A program made the translations under genes and the position numbers. A DNA stretch of 64,000 nucleotides from Takakia lepidozioides (taxonomy: Eukaryota; Plantae; Bryophyta). Positions within the stretch are counted from its first letter, which is position 1. Each line of letters begins with the position of its first letter. Positions 26,599 through 37,187 of this stretch are shown here, one piece after another. The notes beneath the pieces were generated by a model. The model made no database searches. It was not told the DNA's origin and saw only the letters and a list, made by a program, of their open reading frames with translations. The stretch covers positions 40,610,001 through 40,674,000 of the forward strand of contig CM060734.1 in NCBI GenBank assembly GCA_030704615.1, given 5' to 3'.

Positions 26599-27323
26599 GG
26601 GCAGTTGTAGGATATGGTGTCTCAGTTTGGACATCATCGGGCAGTTTTTCAATGACTGTGCTTTATGTTATCTTTTTTTTTGTTCACAATAGTTCATCTT
26701 TATTATAAATGACATTGGTTTTTGTATACCACCTACAAGACCTATATAATGTAACATTTTTTTCGCAAATTAGATGAACTATAAGAATGCTACATGGTTT
26801 TGAATCTCAAAACACGGTTTTGTCATCGGCACAGTTTTTTGTACTCTAGACTCTAAGAAACATATCTAAATTTAACCAATTGTGGTAAGAACAAAAAATC
26901 ATGTGTAGAAATTGTACAATATTTCAATAGATTAAAGTAGTTTGGAAATCTATGAAATTTTTACCAAACTATGGATTTTTTTATACACAAAAAACATATA
27001 TTTTCATTAGTTCATAATATATTGTCTTTTGGATTTTTGGGATATCATCTTTTACTAATAAATATACAAACATATAATCTAGGATGGCCAGGTGTTATAT
27101 ATGGTCATACACTCTAGGATTTGATTCCTAATTTTTTTTCACAATTAAAGATTAAAATTTGAATGAATAATATATATAATATTTGGGGTTAGACCTTAAG
27201 TATTCTATTTTCTATTTTTATAATAATCAAATTGAAAAATAATGTCTTAAATAAAAGAACAATATGGACTTTTATGGACGTCACCATTTGCCAAAAATAA
27301 GACACCCTATTTTTCAACTGCCT
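26599..27323. mobile_element. Non-autonomous TIR element (MITE) in Copia gag, 4-bp TSD AGGA
   Basis: Imperfect TIRs GGGCAGTTG..ATATGGTGTCT / AGACACCCTAT..CAACTGCCT; removing the element restores gag ALYLQDRLF. Confidence 0.8.
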
Positions 27324-27946
27324 AGGACAGATTATTTTCAAAGTTCACTAGGCTCAAAGAAGGAGTATCAATCACTGACTATCTCAAAGAGATATCAAAT
27401 GGCATGAACTGCCTAGCCAATATGAGAGCCCCTGTTGCAGAAACCGAGATTGTCGAACAGATGATCAACTCTCTTCCTATTTGGCTGTACTTCTGAGTCT
27501 CAACGATCTGTCTAGAGGAGAGCATAATTACATTTCACAACAAGCAGTGAGGTGATGATGAAGCTTAGTTCACAATATTCACAATTCACATTTGATGAAT
27601 TTGAACCTAGTGAAAATAGTCTTATTTGAATATTGTGAATTCATCAAATAAGGCTATTTTCACTAGGTTCAAGAACCATAACGGTCCCTTTAGATCCTCC
27701 GCGTCTGAGGATGGCCCATCAACAGAATTGGTGACTCACAGTTCTCGGTCAGAAGATTTTCGACCAAAAGTCGTCGGCCTTTACAATTATTGTGGTTGCA
27801 CTGGGCATCTTATTCGCAGTTACAATGACTTGGCCATGGAAATTATCAATCGCAAGCGAGATAGACGTGCACGCCCTGGTCTGTCAACTCATTTGATCGC
27901 GATGTCCGACGATGGCCCTGAGATCCTAGAGGACAACTTCGAGGAA

Positions 27947-29445
27947 GGGTGAGTGCATGATCAGGTGGCTCAAAGGGTGAATGCAAGCTACGGTGGCTCA
28001 GAAAAGTCCCAGGGTGGCCTACACAAGAAGTCCCAACCTTGTTTTTTACAATTTTGATGTAATGACTATGGAAAAATTATAGTCGCTAGATTCATCCATG
28101 CTGAAAGATATGGACCGTCTAAAGTTAACACTAACATATACTATCACATTATTTCTATTTTTCCTAGTAACAGACTTTTTTTTTTTTATTTTTTTTTTTT
28201 TTTTATTTTCATTATATCGCATAGTGGGACTCAAGCTACTCTTCATCTACATGAAATGTACCTTTTAGTGAAGCAAGTCCATTGTTTTATTTTGTGTCCA
28301 TGCATTCATGTACTTTGGCAAAAATCAATTTTTTGAGGCTCACAATACCATATAGAAGTAAGAACTTTCACTTTTTTGATGGTCTCTATAAGACTTTAAT
28401 ATATTTAAGAGTAGAGCAATACTAATATGAGTCTCTTTTATCATATTTGTTTTCTATAGTGAGTGCAAAAAGTCCATAACACCTTTTTTTATGGACTGTG
28501 ACATTGTCGTATGCACTTTTTAAAAGTCCATTACTTCAACAAATCAACTTCATTTCTTGGTGAGAATTTAAAGATTAGAGCTTGTAGTAGTATGAAACAT
28601 AAAGTGAGTCTCATTTCATCATTGTAATAAAAAATTGTCTCTAAGGTACAATTGAATCAAACTATGTCCTGTAAAACCCGTGTTGTGACACAAAAATGTA
28701 GTCACCGTAGCCTGCATTCACCCCAAAAACGGCAGATCTGAGCTCCACGAAAGTCCATTGGCAAAAATTTAAGTTATGTTTTTTGTTCAAATATATTTTT
28801 ATATTGATATATAATGATATGCCTAACATTTTTAGTTATTGGGTCCATCCTAAATATTTGAGATATTTTTTTTATTATAAATATTATTCTATAATTTAGA
28901 AATTTAAAAAAAAAACAAAAAACAAAAAACAAATTTGTAGGTCCCCAATTCTATAGGACATTTGTCCATCTAGTTATAAGAACTTATGGATAATGACAAC
29001 CTTTATATTGTCATTGCAGAGTTCTACCCAAATATGAATTTTTTTGAACACCATGGATTTTTGAAATTTTGGGTATATGTGGAGGTATATAAAAGTCCAT
29101 AGCACATTAACAAATGAATGAAATTGTCTACAAATTCATCCATGTCTCTTATTCCTCACCGGTAATCTATATTCGGAGTGAAAATTAGTGTTTGAGAATC
29201 CAATTGTGGACGAACTGGAAATATGATGCTCGGAGTGCAAGTCCTAAAAAGTCCATAGCTCCATGAAAATCTAACTTGCAAAATAATCATACCAACATGT
29301 AAATATGGTACATGGCTAGCAACATTCAATCTCATTTGGGACAAAAATAAATTTATTTGCACAAGGTTACAGATAATATGAAGAGCACTTACTGAAAAAC
29401 TACAGTGTGACGTCCAAACTGAGCAACCTTAGCCTTCACTCACTC
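27947..29445. mobile_element. Non-autonomous TIR element, 4-bp TSD GGAA (outer)
   Basis: ~26-bp imperfect TIRs GGGTGAGTGCATGATCAGGTGGCTCA / TGAGCAACCTTAGCCTTCACTCACTC; removing it restores the frame FEEVDVF...WYMDSGAS. Confidence 0.85.
27975..28723. mobile_element. Nested non-autonomous TIR element, 4-bp TSD CAAA (inner)
   Basis: 24-bp TIRs GGGTGAATGCAAGCTACGGTGGCT / AGTCACCGTAGCCTGCATTCACCC; CAAA on both sides. Confidence 0.85.
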
Positions 29446-30619
29446 GGAAGTGGATGTCTTCACAGTGGGTCTAGAATTGGATGGTCAGAAAGACAAGACC
29501 TGGTACATGGATTCGGGTGCTAGCTGACATGTGTTTGGAGATCGTAGCTTTTTCACATGTATCTCTATCTCATGTACCGTCTGACCCAACATTAGAGCTG
29601 CAGGAGAGGAAACTCACCACATAGAGGGAAAGGGAATGTGGAAATCATACTACCAAGAGGTGAAATAAAAGAGATACCAAATATTTTGTATGTTCCCTCT
29701 TTGGGCAAGAATCTCATCTCAGTATGATCTCTCACAGATCAAGGCCATGTACTAATGTTCGATAGCTCCCAGTGCATCATACTCATGAAGCCCAATATTC
29801 TGGTTGGCAGAGGGGAATGCAACCCCTCGAACGGCCTATACCACATCACTTCGAACTCCCCTCTCAAGCCTGAATTAACGCTTTCAATGGATACTCTACA
29901 GGAGATCCTATGTGCGGAGGTCCCCAAGGATGACAGTCTCAATGCATTATGACACAAAAGACTGGCTCATCTCAACTAGCATAGTCTTTCAATCCTGTCT
30001 CGTAACAACATGGTATGAGGAATGCCCAGCCTCGAAGTTCATGAAGGAGTCTGCACGTCATACCTAGAGGGGAAGTAAACTAGAGAGCGAGCTCCCAGGG
30101 TTAGTGAAAGCCGAGCCTCCCAAGTTCTCGAACTTGTGCATGCAGACCTATGCGGCCTTTTCTAAGTGAACTCACTATTAGGTTCTAAGTACTTTCTCAC
30201 CTTAGTAGATACTTCAGCCGCAAAACCTGGGAGAGGTTCCTCAACCTCAAGTCAAATACGTTTGAGGCATTCAAGGCTTGGAAGAAGGTCGTCGAGACTC
30301 AAATGGACAAAAATGGTCAAGACATTGCGAAGTGACCATGGTGGTGAGGTCTTATCTGAGCAATTCTAGCAACTTTGCAAAGATCAAGGACTAACGATGC
30401 AACTTACTCAAGCTCGCATACCGCACCAAAATGGTATTGCAGAACGGAAGAATCGCAGCCTACTCGAAAAAGCTCGCAGCATGATGGCAGAGGCACAAGA
30501 GTCACCCTATCCGTGGGCGGAAGTTGTTAACTGTGCCACATTCCTCACGAATTTATCACCAACTCGCAAATGGCCCAATCAAACCAGATGAGAGCTTCAC
30601 TGGAATCAAGCCAAACAAG

Positions 30620-32097
30620 AGAAATCAAAACACTTCTACTACCATCCCCCCGCCACAAACAACCTGTACTCAAGTATTTGTTCAAATCTATTATTACTAC
30701 GTTGCGGAGACCTACACCCCAACCCCGGCCCTCTTAATATTCAAGATATTATGGACACCCTTTCTATCGACTCTCAAGACAAACACGCTCTCTATTTCCA
30801 ACCAAACTCCCTGACACTAGTACATAGCCACCGACACATCTCAGAACACTTCATGCATTTTTTTCCCCACAGTCAACCTACTGATCACACTCCTACACAA
30901 CACATCACAACATTCGGTCTCCCCTCCAGTCTCTACCCAGCACTCTCAAAGACTCTTTCCAAACTCAAATCCTTCTCCACTGCGCATATCCTCTTTTCCC
31001 TCATCGTCACCATCTCCCCTCTCCCGGACACTTGTAATAACTATATTCACTCGCACTCGATTATCCCAATATGCACCCTCCTCTCACAATTGCAACAATT
31101 ACCACCCCAACCGCATAACTACCAGCCGCCCCCCCACTACTAGTCTTAGATCCACTCCTCTCTCAACATATTAAACTCCACAACTGGAGCAGTCCATAAA
31201 ATTCTAGGGGATCACCTCGCAATAGTCACCCCAGCCGCCCAATATCTCCTCCTCACCTCCGAAAAATTCCCATTTCTCTCCAAAAACATCCTCTCTGCCA
31301 CACTCGGGGCAGTCACTCCGATACCTGGGTACGAACCCCCCACAACGGCACTACCCATGACACCCCCACCCGCCGCTACCACTACCGATACCCCCCTACC
31401 CCCATCCCACACCCGAGCACTCTCACAATAACTTCCTGGAATGTTGGATCATTAGCCACTAGCATACAGAGCCTCCTCCATCTCTTCACAGAATCGTCAC
31501 AGCCACACATTTTTCTCCTACAAGAAATCAAGTTACACACTACCCACACCAGTAACTCCTACATAAATAAACTATTACCAAACTACTACATCCTATACGA
31601 CAACCCCTTGATAGCCCAACAATGCACCTTACGAAGATCCGCACCCTACAAACCTACCCAGGGTGGTCTTGCACTAAGTATTCTTCGTACGCACCACTCC
31701 CCTAGTACCACCACCAAACTCACCATACCTCTCCCTCTCCGATCTCACCTTCAAATCATACAACTACACCCCCCATCCTTATGCCCGATCCTCCTCATAT
31801 ATCTGTACATGCCTTCCCATACGGATTTCCCTTATACCAGACATACTACACACTATAACCAGTACAATCACCCATACGGACTATCAGCAACACCATGTCA
31901 TCCTCGCAGGAGACTTCAACAGAGATATCGCTATGACCGGGCACTCATCCAATGGCGCTCACGTATTCCTATCCTCAACTGACCATGAATGGGCCAGATT
32001 CACCCAAAACCTACAACTAAAATATATCCCAGCTGACCACCAATATTCCAGGCATGGCGGCCTCAACTATTCATCCCTAAGTCTACTAGACGGCTTC
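30620..32097 (+). mobile_element. LINE fragment: 2A-like peptide, Pro-rich linker and APE endonuclease (decayed, truncated)
   Basis: LLLLRCGDLHPNPGP at 30688-30732; ITSWNVGSL...PHIFLLQEIK; GGLALSI; LYMPS; HVILAGDFN; SLLDGF. Confidence 0.85.
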
Positions 32098-32605
32098 TAA
32101 CCCTATTTTAAGTAATTCCAAACTTTTGGCTTAAATCCGGACCAAACTTAATATATATCATAATTAAAATTATTTCAGGTATTAATAATAATATCGTGGA
32201 ATATTGAGTCATTTAACTTGTGAAGTTGCACAATCCCATTCATGTAACATCGAATGGTAAGTCGAATGACATACTTTGCATCAGAAAATTATAAAGATAA
32301 GATCGATTGAATGAAGTTATTAATAAATTGATAGATGTATGACATAAACAGATGATTCAAGAAGATAATATACAAATGAAAAGTAAACATCCATATCATG
32401 CTTACAGTATAGTAGTACCATGAACCAATGTATTGCAAGTTTTCAATTGATGGATTAAAATGTTGAATGGAATAAGGTTGGATTTCAATGAAACATGTGA
32501 ATTATGTTTCAAAATATTTAGGGATCATTCCGATGTTCATATGACAACCAAATATTGTGGAAGAGTGTCATGTAGATTCAGCTATAAAGTCATTGAACCA
32601 AGCTG

Positions 32606-33250
32606 GAATTAGGTTTTAGGTTATAGAGTTTGGCTAGGGTACATTGAAACATAGTACTTGGTATGAATGGAAAAGAAAATATGGGAAAGTGTACAGATGA
32701 CTTGGCACCTATGAAAAATTGTTAATGAAATATCCCAACCACAAATTGTATCCAAATTTCTATGAGGAATGTGAATCAAACAGTGGAGTTTGGTTCAGGG
32801 TTTAGGGTTTAGGGTTTTAGAAAATTGTAAATGGACAAACAATTATGAAGTTTGAGTCTTTACCCATACGTAGAACAATTCATGAAATATTATCCCCACC
32901 ACTTCGACCGTACCCAAAATTGGAAGTAATAAATAAATAAGCATCAAACATTGAAATTAGGTTTTAGGGTATAGAGTTTGCGAGGGTACTAACCATAGTA
33001 CTCGGTATGAATAGAAAAGAAAATATTGGGAAGGGTACATATGACTTGTCACCTATGATTTAGGGTTTAGGGAATAAAATTTCCCAACCACTGATTGTAT
33101 CTAATCTATGAAGAATGCGCATCAAACAATGGAGTTACGTTTAAGGGCTTAGGGTTTAGGGTTTAGAGAACTATAAATGGACAAACAATTATGGAATGTG
33201 AGTAAAAAAATGACAGAAATATGGGAAAGAGTACAAGTGACTTGTCACCT
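32606..33250 (+). repeat. ~350-bp-period duplication containing short TTTAGGG telomeric tracts
   Basis: 32606-32850 resembles 32953-33195, with a partial third copy at 33215-33250; TTTAGGG tracts at about 32797-32820, 33059-33072 and 33140-33165. Confidence 0.8.
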
Positions 33251-34362
33251 AATTTGACTCCATAGTTTACTGCATTGGATGAGAAATTGAAGATGTGATG
33301 CGAAAGAATGCCCTGAAGAAGCACGCGCGATCGCGCGTGCTTTACTTGGTTGGTACTTGTATTCTATCGACCACAACAACACCATTGATACCCAGATGAT
33401 TAGATGACACATATGAGGATATGTCTGAGTGCATACTCCAAACAGTAAAGTGTTTCGGAAGACATTAGTTCACATTATACAATGTCAACTAAAATCTTCT
33501 GTTGCACTTTATCTGTCTTGCCATGCACACAGAGTATGATAATTCATATATGTGGTGGCATTGTCACTCTTATTTATGATGGGCGGAGGTGTTCAATGTG
33601 GACACAATAGTATACTATAGTATCCAACCATCTTGAAGGAAAACTTCAGTTGGTGGTCAGGAGGTACACCCACAGGATTTATTCTCCACTCGGATATCGC
33701 CTGGTTAAGAGTATACAAAGCTACGTGGTCTATATTGAAGTTTGGCGATTTTGTTGAGATGAACTCTTGCATACGCCAACCAGGCAATCCGCCGGTACGT
33801 TTGACTGACGACTGAACATGAAACACAACATTATGTTATCTGGATTAGTATCTCATGGCATTATTTCAAGATTGAGAGGAAAGGCCGAAGTTTGAAACAA
33901 ATCATAATGTCACGGATGTCAGGCCAATATACAAATGGGAATCCCACTGGGAAGAAATGGAATTGGAAGAAACTAACATACAATTAAGCTAGAATAGGGG
34001 ACATTCAATTGTGACTGCAATATGGAATAAACGGAATGGACTAAATCAATGTCACAATTAAACTGGAAATCTCAAAAGCTGCAGATCATTTAATTGGTTT
34101 CAAAAATCGTGAAGAATACTTTATTATTCAACAGTGAAGAAAGAAAACGGAGACATCGTTGGTGTTTAAATGTACAGTCATATATGCCTGCCTAAAACTG
34201 AGATGAAGGACTATATCATGGTGATTCAGGACACCCCCAGTGAATCTCATGAAAACTTATCGGGTACCCAGAAAGTGATCCTACTGATTATTGTGGGTAT
34301 TCGATGGAACCACATGGAGATTCTAAACTGGTTCAAGGACACTCCTGTGAGCCCATGAAGAA

Positions 34363-34995
34363 TCAATCTATTTCTGATGATTCCGAATTGTTAGAACTTA
34401 CAGTTGACGTAGGTGTGTATTGTGCCAAAAATGAGGCCAATGCAGCCGACCCGGGTCTGAGGTGTCTAAAGTATCCTATTGGTGAGTATTGTGGGGATCC
34501 CAGAGTATACCCTGGCGATGAGGGTGTATACTTTGGGTATGCCGGAGTGTACTCTGGGGTTGAGGGAGTGTACTCTGGTGATACGGGAGTATACTCCGGG
34601 GATCCGGGTGTATAATCTTGGGTATCTAGCGTATACGCAGGGTACATAGTGCAGAAATCATTTGATTCCGCCGATACTTCAGCTACAGGATCTCCGGAAG
34701 ACCCTCCACAGTATTGTTCTAGAAAATAACTTAAAGCGGCTGACCCGGGAGGAACGTCGCAAAAATATCCTATTGGTGAATAATTGTCCTGATCGTCTGA
34801 TTCAGGGGAGTAGGTGTCAGGCTCCTCTGTGGATGGAATTGTAGAAACTGGAGATGATATAACATGAACTCCTTTGGAAGGTCCTGTCATAATAACCGCA
34901 GCTCCGCATTCACCTTGTGAGGAGGGTGAAAGCGTTGTCTTGTGTCCGGTATGTTTCATCTCCTTCTCCTCCCTCATCGAACACGAATCCACCAC
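34363..34995 (-). CDS. Small protein with RNA polymerase II CTD-like heptad repeats (YTPxSPx)
   Basis: YTPGSPE-YTPVSPE-YTPSTPE-YTPAYPK-YTPSSPG-YTLGSPQ-YSPIGYF (34468-34614), flanked by two copies of a YSPIGYF...PGSAAL..FL.QY motif. Confidence 0.7.
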   Translation of the reverse strand: MVDSCSMREEKEMKHTGHKTTLSPSSQGECGAAVIMTGPSKGVHVISSPVSTIPSTEEPDTYSPESDDQDNYSPIGYFCDVPPGSAALSYFLEQYCGGSSGDPVAEVSAESNDFCTMYPAYTLDTQDYTPGSPEYTPVSPEYTPSTPEYTPAYPKYTPSSPGYTLGSPQYSPIGYFRHLRPGSAALASFLAQYTPTSTVSSNNSESSEID

Positions 34996-35778
34996 AATGG
35001 AAGAATCATCAAGAACTCGTGCTCAGATATAGAATGTACAGAAAGAGACACGCGAAGAACGCACGATCGCGCGTATTTGGTCCACAATTATAAAATCCGA
35101 TTATAAGCAACAACGATGTTGCTAAGCATGGCGAACGGAATCCATATACATGACTTTGTTCTTTCAGTCATATAAGAGTATCGTGACATCTATTATCCCA
35201 AGAAAATTCTTTTGAGCTGTAGCAACATCAAAATCACGCGCGATCGCGCGTTATTGAGTTGAGGCACAGATTAACTAATTTCATCCCACTGCGAGAAGTC
35301 TACCGGAAGGACTATTAAAGTACATTGAGAACATTGAGGATTATCCAGCTGGAAGTCGTTTTTATTTATATTTAGAATAAGACTGAAACGAAGAAGTCAA
35401 ATTCGCACTATTGCGAAAGGTTCAATAATTGCATAATCCTTAAAATTGCAAACTATGAGTTTACTGTCGTACTAATGAATGATTTCTTCGACCACTTATA
35501 CTTTGGTATTAGCTATTGTTCGTTAGTTCTCCTGTAGGTGACGACTTGCACTGAATGAAGCACTTACTATTGGATGTTATATATTTATCTACGAATTGTT
35601 CAATTATATCATTTTTATCAACCCCGTAAATTGGTGCGCATCAATCCAAAAGTCCAGGGCAGTTTGACATATTACTTGTCGTCAACATCGTTTAGGTTGT
35701 TCATCGATTCTGTAGAGCACTCTTTCAGATTGGACAGTGAAGATGTGATGTCCAAAAATGGTATAAAGGTGCGCGCGC

Positions 35779-36034
35779 GATCGCGTACAGCTGCAGAACT
35801 GCTGGCTCCAACAGAGTTCTGACTGTCCAAAGCAATATTGAGGCCATCAACGTCAACTACAGCAGTTTGTTGTCTACTGCTAATGCCTGACTCCCAGTAT
35901 GCAATCAACTCGTCCAACTGTTCTCCACTCAAATCAGTCTGAGTTCCTTGGGAAACATAAATCTTGTCCCCTTGTGTGCACAGGCTAAGAGACGAGACCT
36001 GCCCTTCAATTACGTCCTCATTGCCCCCAGCCAT
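35779..36034 (-). pseudogene. Inverted segment A: predicted N-terminus of the ParB-like/MTase-fold gene
   Basis: MAGGNED...SSSAAVRDRA joins segment B in frame at the palindrome centre once each segment is flipped. Confidence 0.55.
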
Positions 36035-36177
36035 ACAAGGAGGACATCCACAGATTTGTCTCTCATATAGACCAGAACAGGTTCTAGAAACAGAATTGTG
36101 GATCTTTCATGGCACAATCACACTCTAAAAATTCCATAGATTTGCGATCGCGCGAGGTAAACGTTGATGTACTATAC

Positions 36178-37044
36178 CTTTGCAGCCATAATTGTGTGCT
36201 GGCCTCCAATGACGAAGAATTTTGAATTGTTAATATCTTTCTGATGCCTTGGTTTCATCGCAGACACCTGGGTTGGCACCTGTTCGTTCCTCGGCGCCAG
36301 ATAGACGGGATGTTTCGTATCTAGAACCCGCAACTGGTACAGACGGGCTTTGACATCATCTTTGTGATTAATATTTAGCGGACGATACACCATGCTTCTT
36401 GGAACAAGTTCCATCCTTGAGATGTCAATTGAGATTATGTGGTTGAACCCAAAAAGAAACATGTCTTTGTAGTCATTCTGCAGACTTTATTTCAACGCCT
36501 CGCATTTTTTCTTGTCGAAAATCTCGCCAGGTTTTGGCTTCTTGTTGTCATTCATAAATACAATATCGATTTTATTTTTTTATTTTTTTTGTTGACTGGC
36601 TACTCCTCCTCATTCTTAGTCTGAGAGGATCCCGCCGTGGACTTCCATTTCCCTTTACCCTTTACCCCCTTCGCTGCCTCATCGTCTCGTTGTTTTTTGT
36701 TGATGTTTCCCTGCACATGGAGTACATCTTGGAAAATGCTCCAAGCTCGTACGAATCCCTGAGCAGTCAGGGCTGCACCACCTTCAGGGAAAGTGAATCC
36801 CATCTTTACAGCTGATTCCATCATTGCCTTGCGAACGCGACGAGATTCCGGAGAAAAGCCAAACGTCTTTTTTGCTCTACCATCCTCCAATATGAGGGAT
36901 TCTCCACGTCGGACTCCATCTCAACATCTTTAACGTAGCCATAATTAAGCTCTTTCACCTCTGCATTATGTATTCTTCTCTGCTTCTATGAGAATCATCT
37001 TTCGGATATTTCTTTGTTTTTCCTCATTATCCTTCTCGCGCGAT
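36178..37044 (-). pseudogene. Inverted segment B: charged region plus ParB/Srx-like domain
   Basis: YRPLNINHKDDVKARL...KFFVIGGQHTIMAAK followed by the splice donor GTATAG; GGQH resembles the ParB/DndB G(H/Q)xR loop. Confidence 0.65.
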
Positions 37045-37187
37045 TGCACGTGCTTCTACTAGATGATTATATCAGATGCATCGACGACTTGTTTCGTAGA
37101 GATGCATAGCATGATAAGCAAGCACGCGCGATCGCACGTGCTCCTTTATAGTTCAATTCCATGCCGATGTAACATTTTCCAAATCAG

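Larger units (their letters stand above)
25686..30620 (+). mobile_element. Decayed, 3'-truncated Ty1/Copia element (LTR about 25686-25952, PBS, gag, protease, GAG-pre-integrase, integrase)
   Basis: TGTT...AACA putative LTR; PBS TGATATCAGAGCC at 25953-25965; gag pieces (VWSFKLENIL, RKVWDT, LKEGVSITDYL...INSLP, YNYCGCTGH); WYMDSGAS*H; LYVPSLGKNLISV; HKRLAHLN; LELVHADLCG; LRSDHGGE; PHQNGIAERKNRSLLE. Confidence 0.9.

Noticed and set aside
34363-34995. True RPB1 gene
   Set aside because: No polymerase domains nearby; the heptads are few and non-consensus.
35771-37187. Inversions as GATC-cut library (Hi-C) chimeras
   Set aside because: No GATCGATC fill-in junctions, and breakpoints are restricted to the long palindromes. 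Misassembly still needs a read check.
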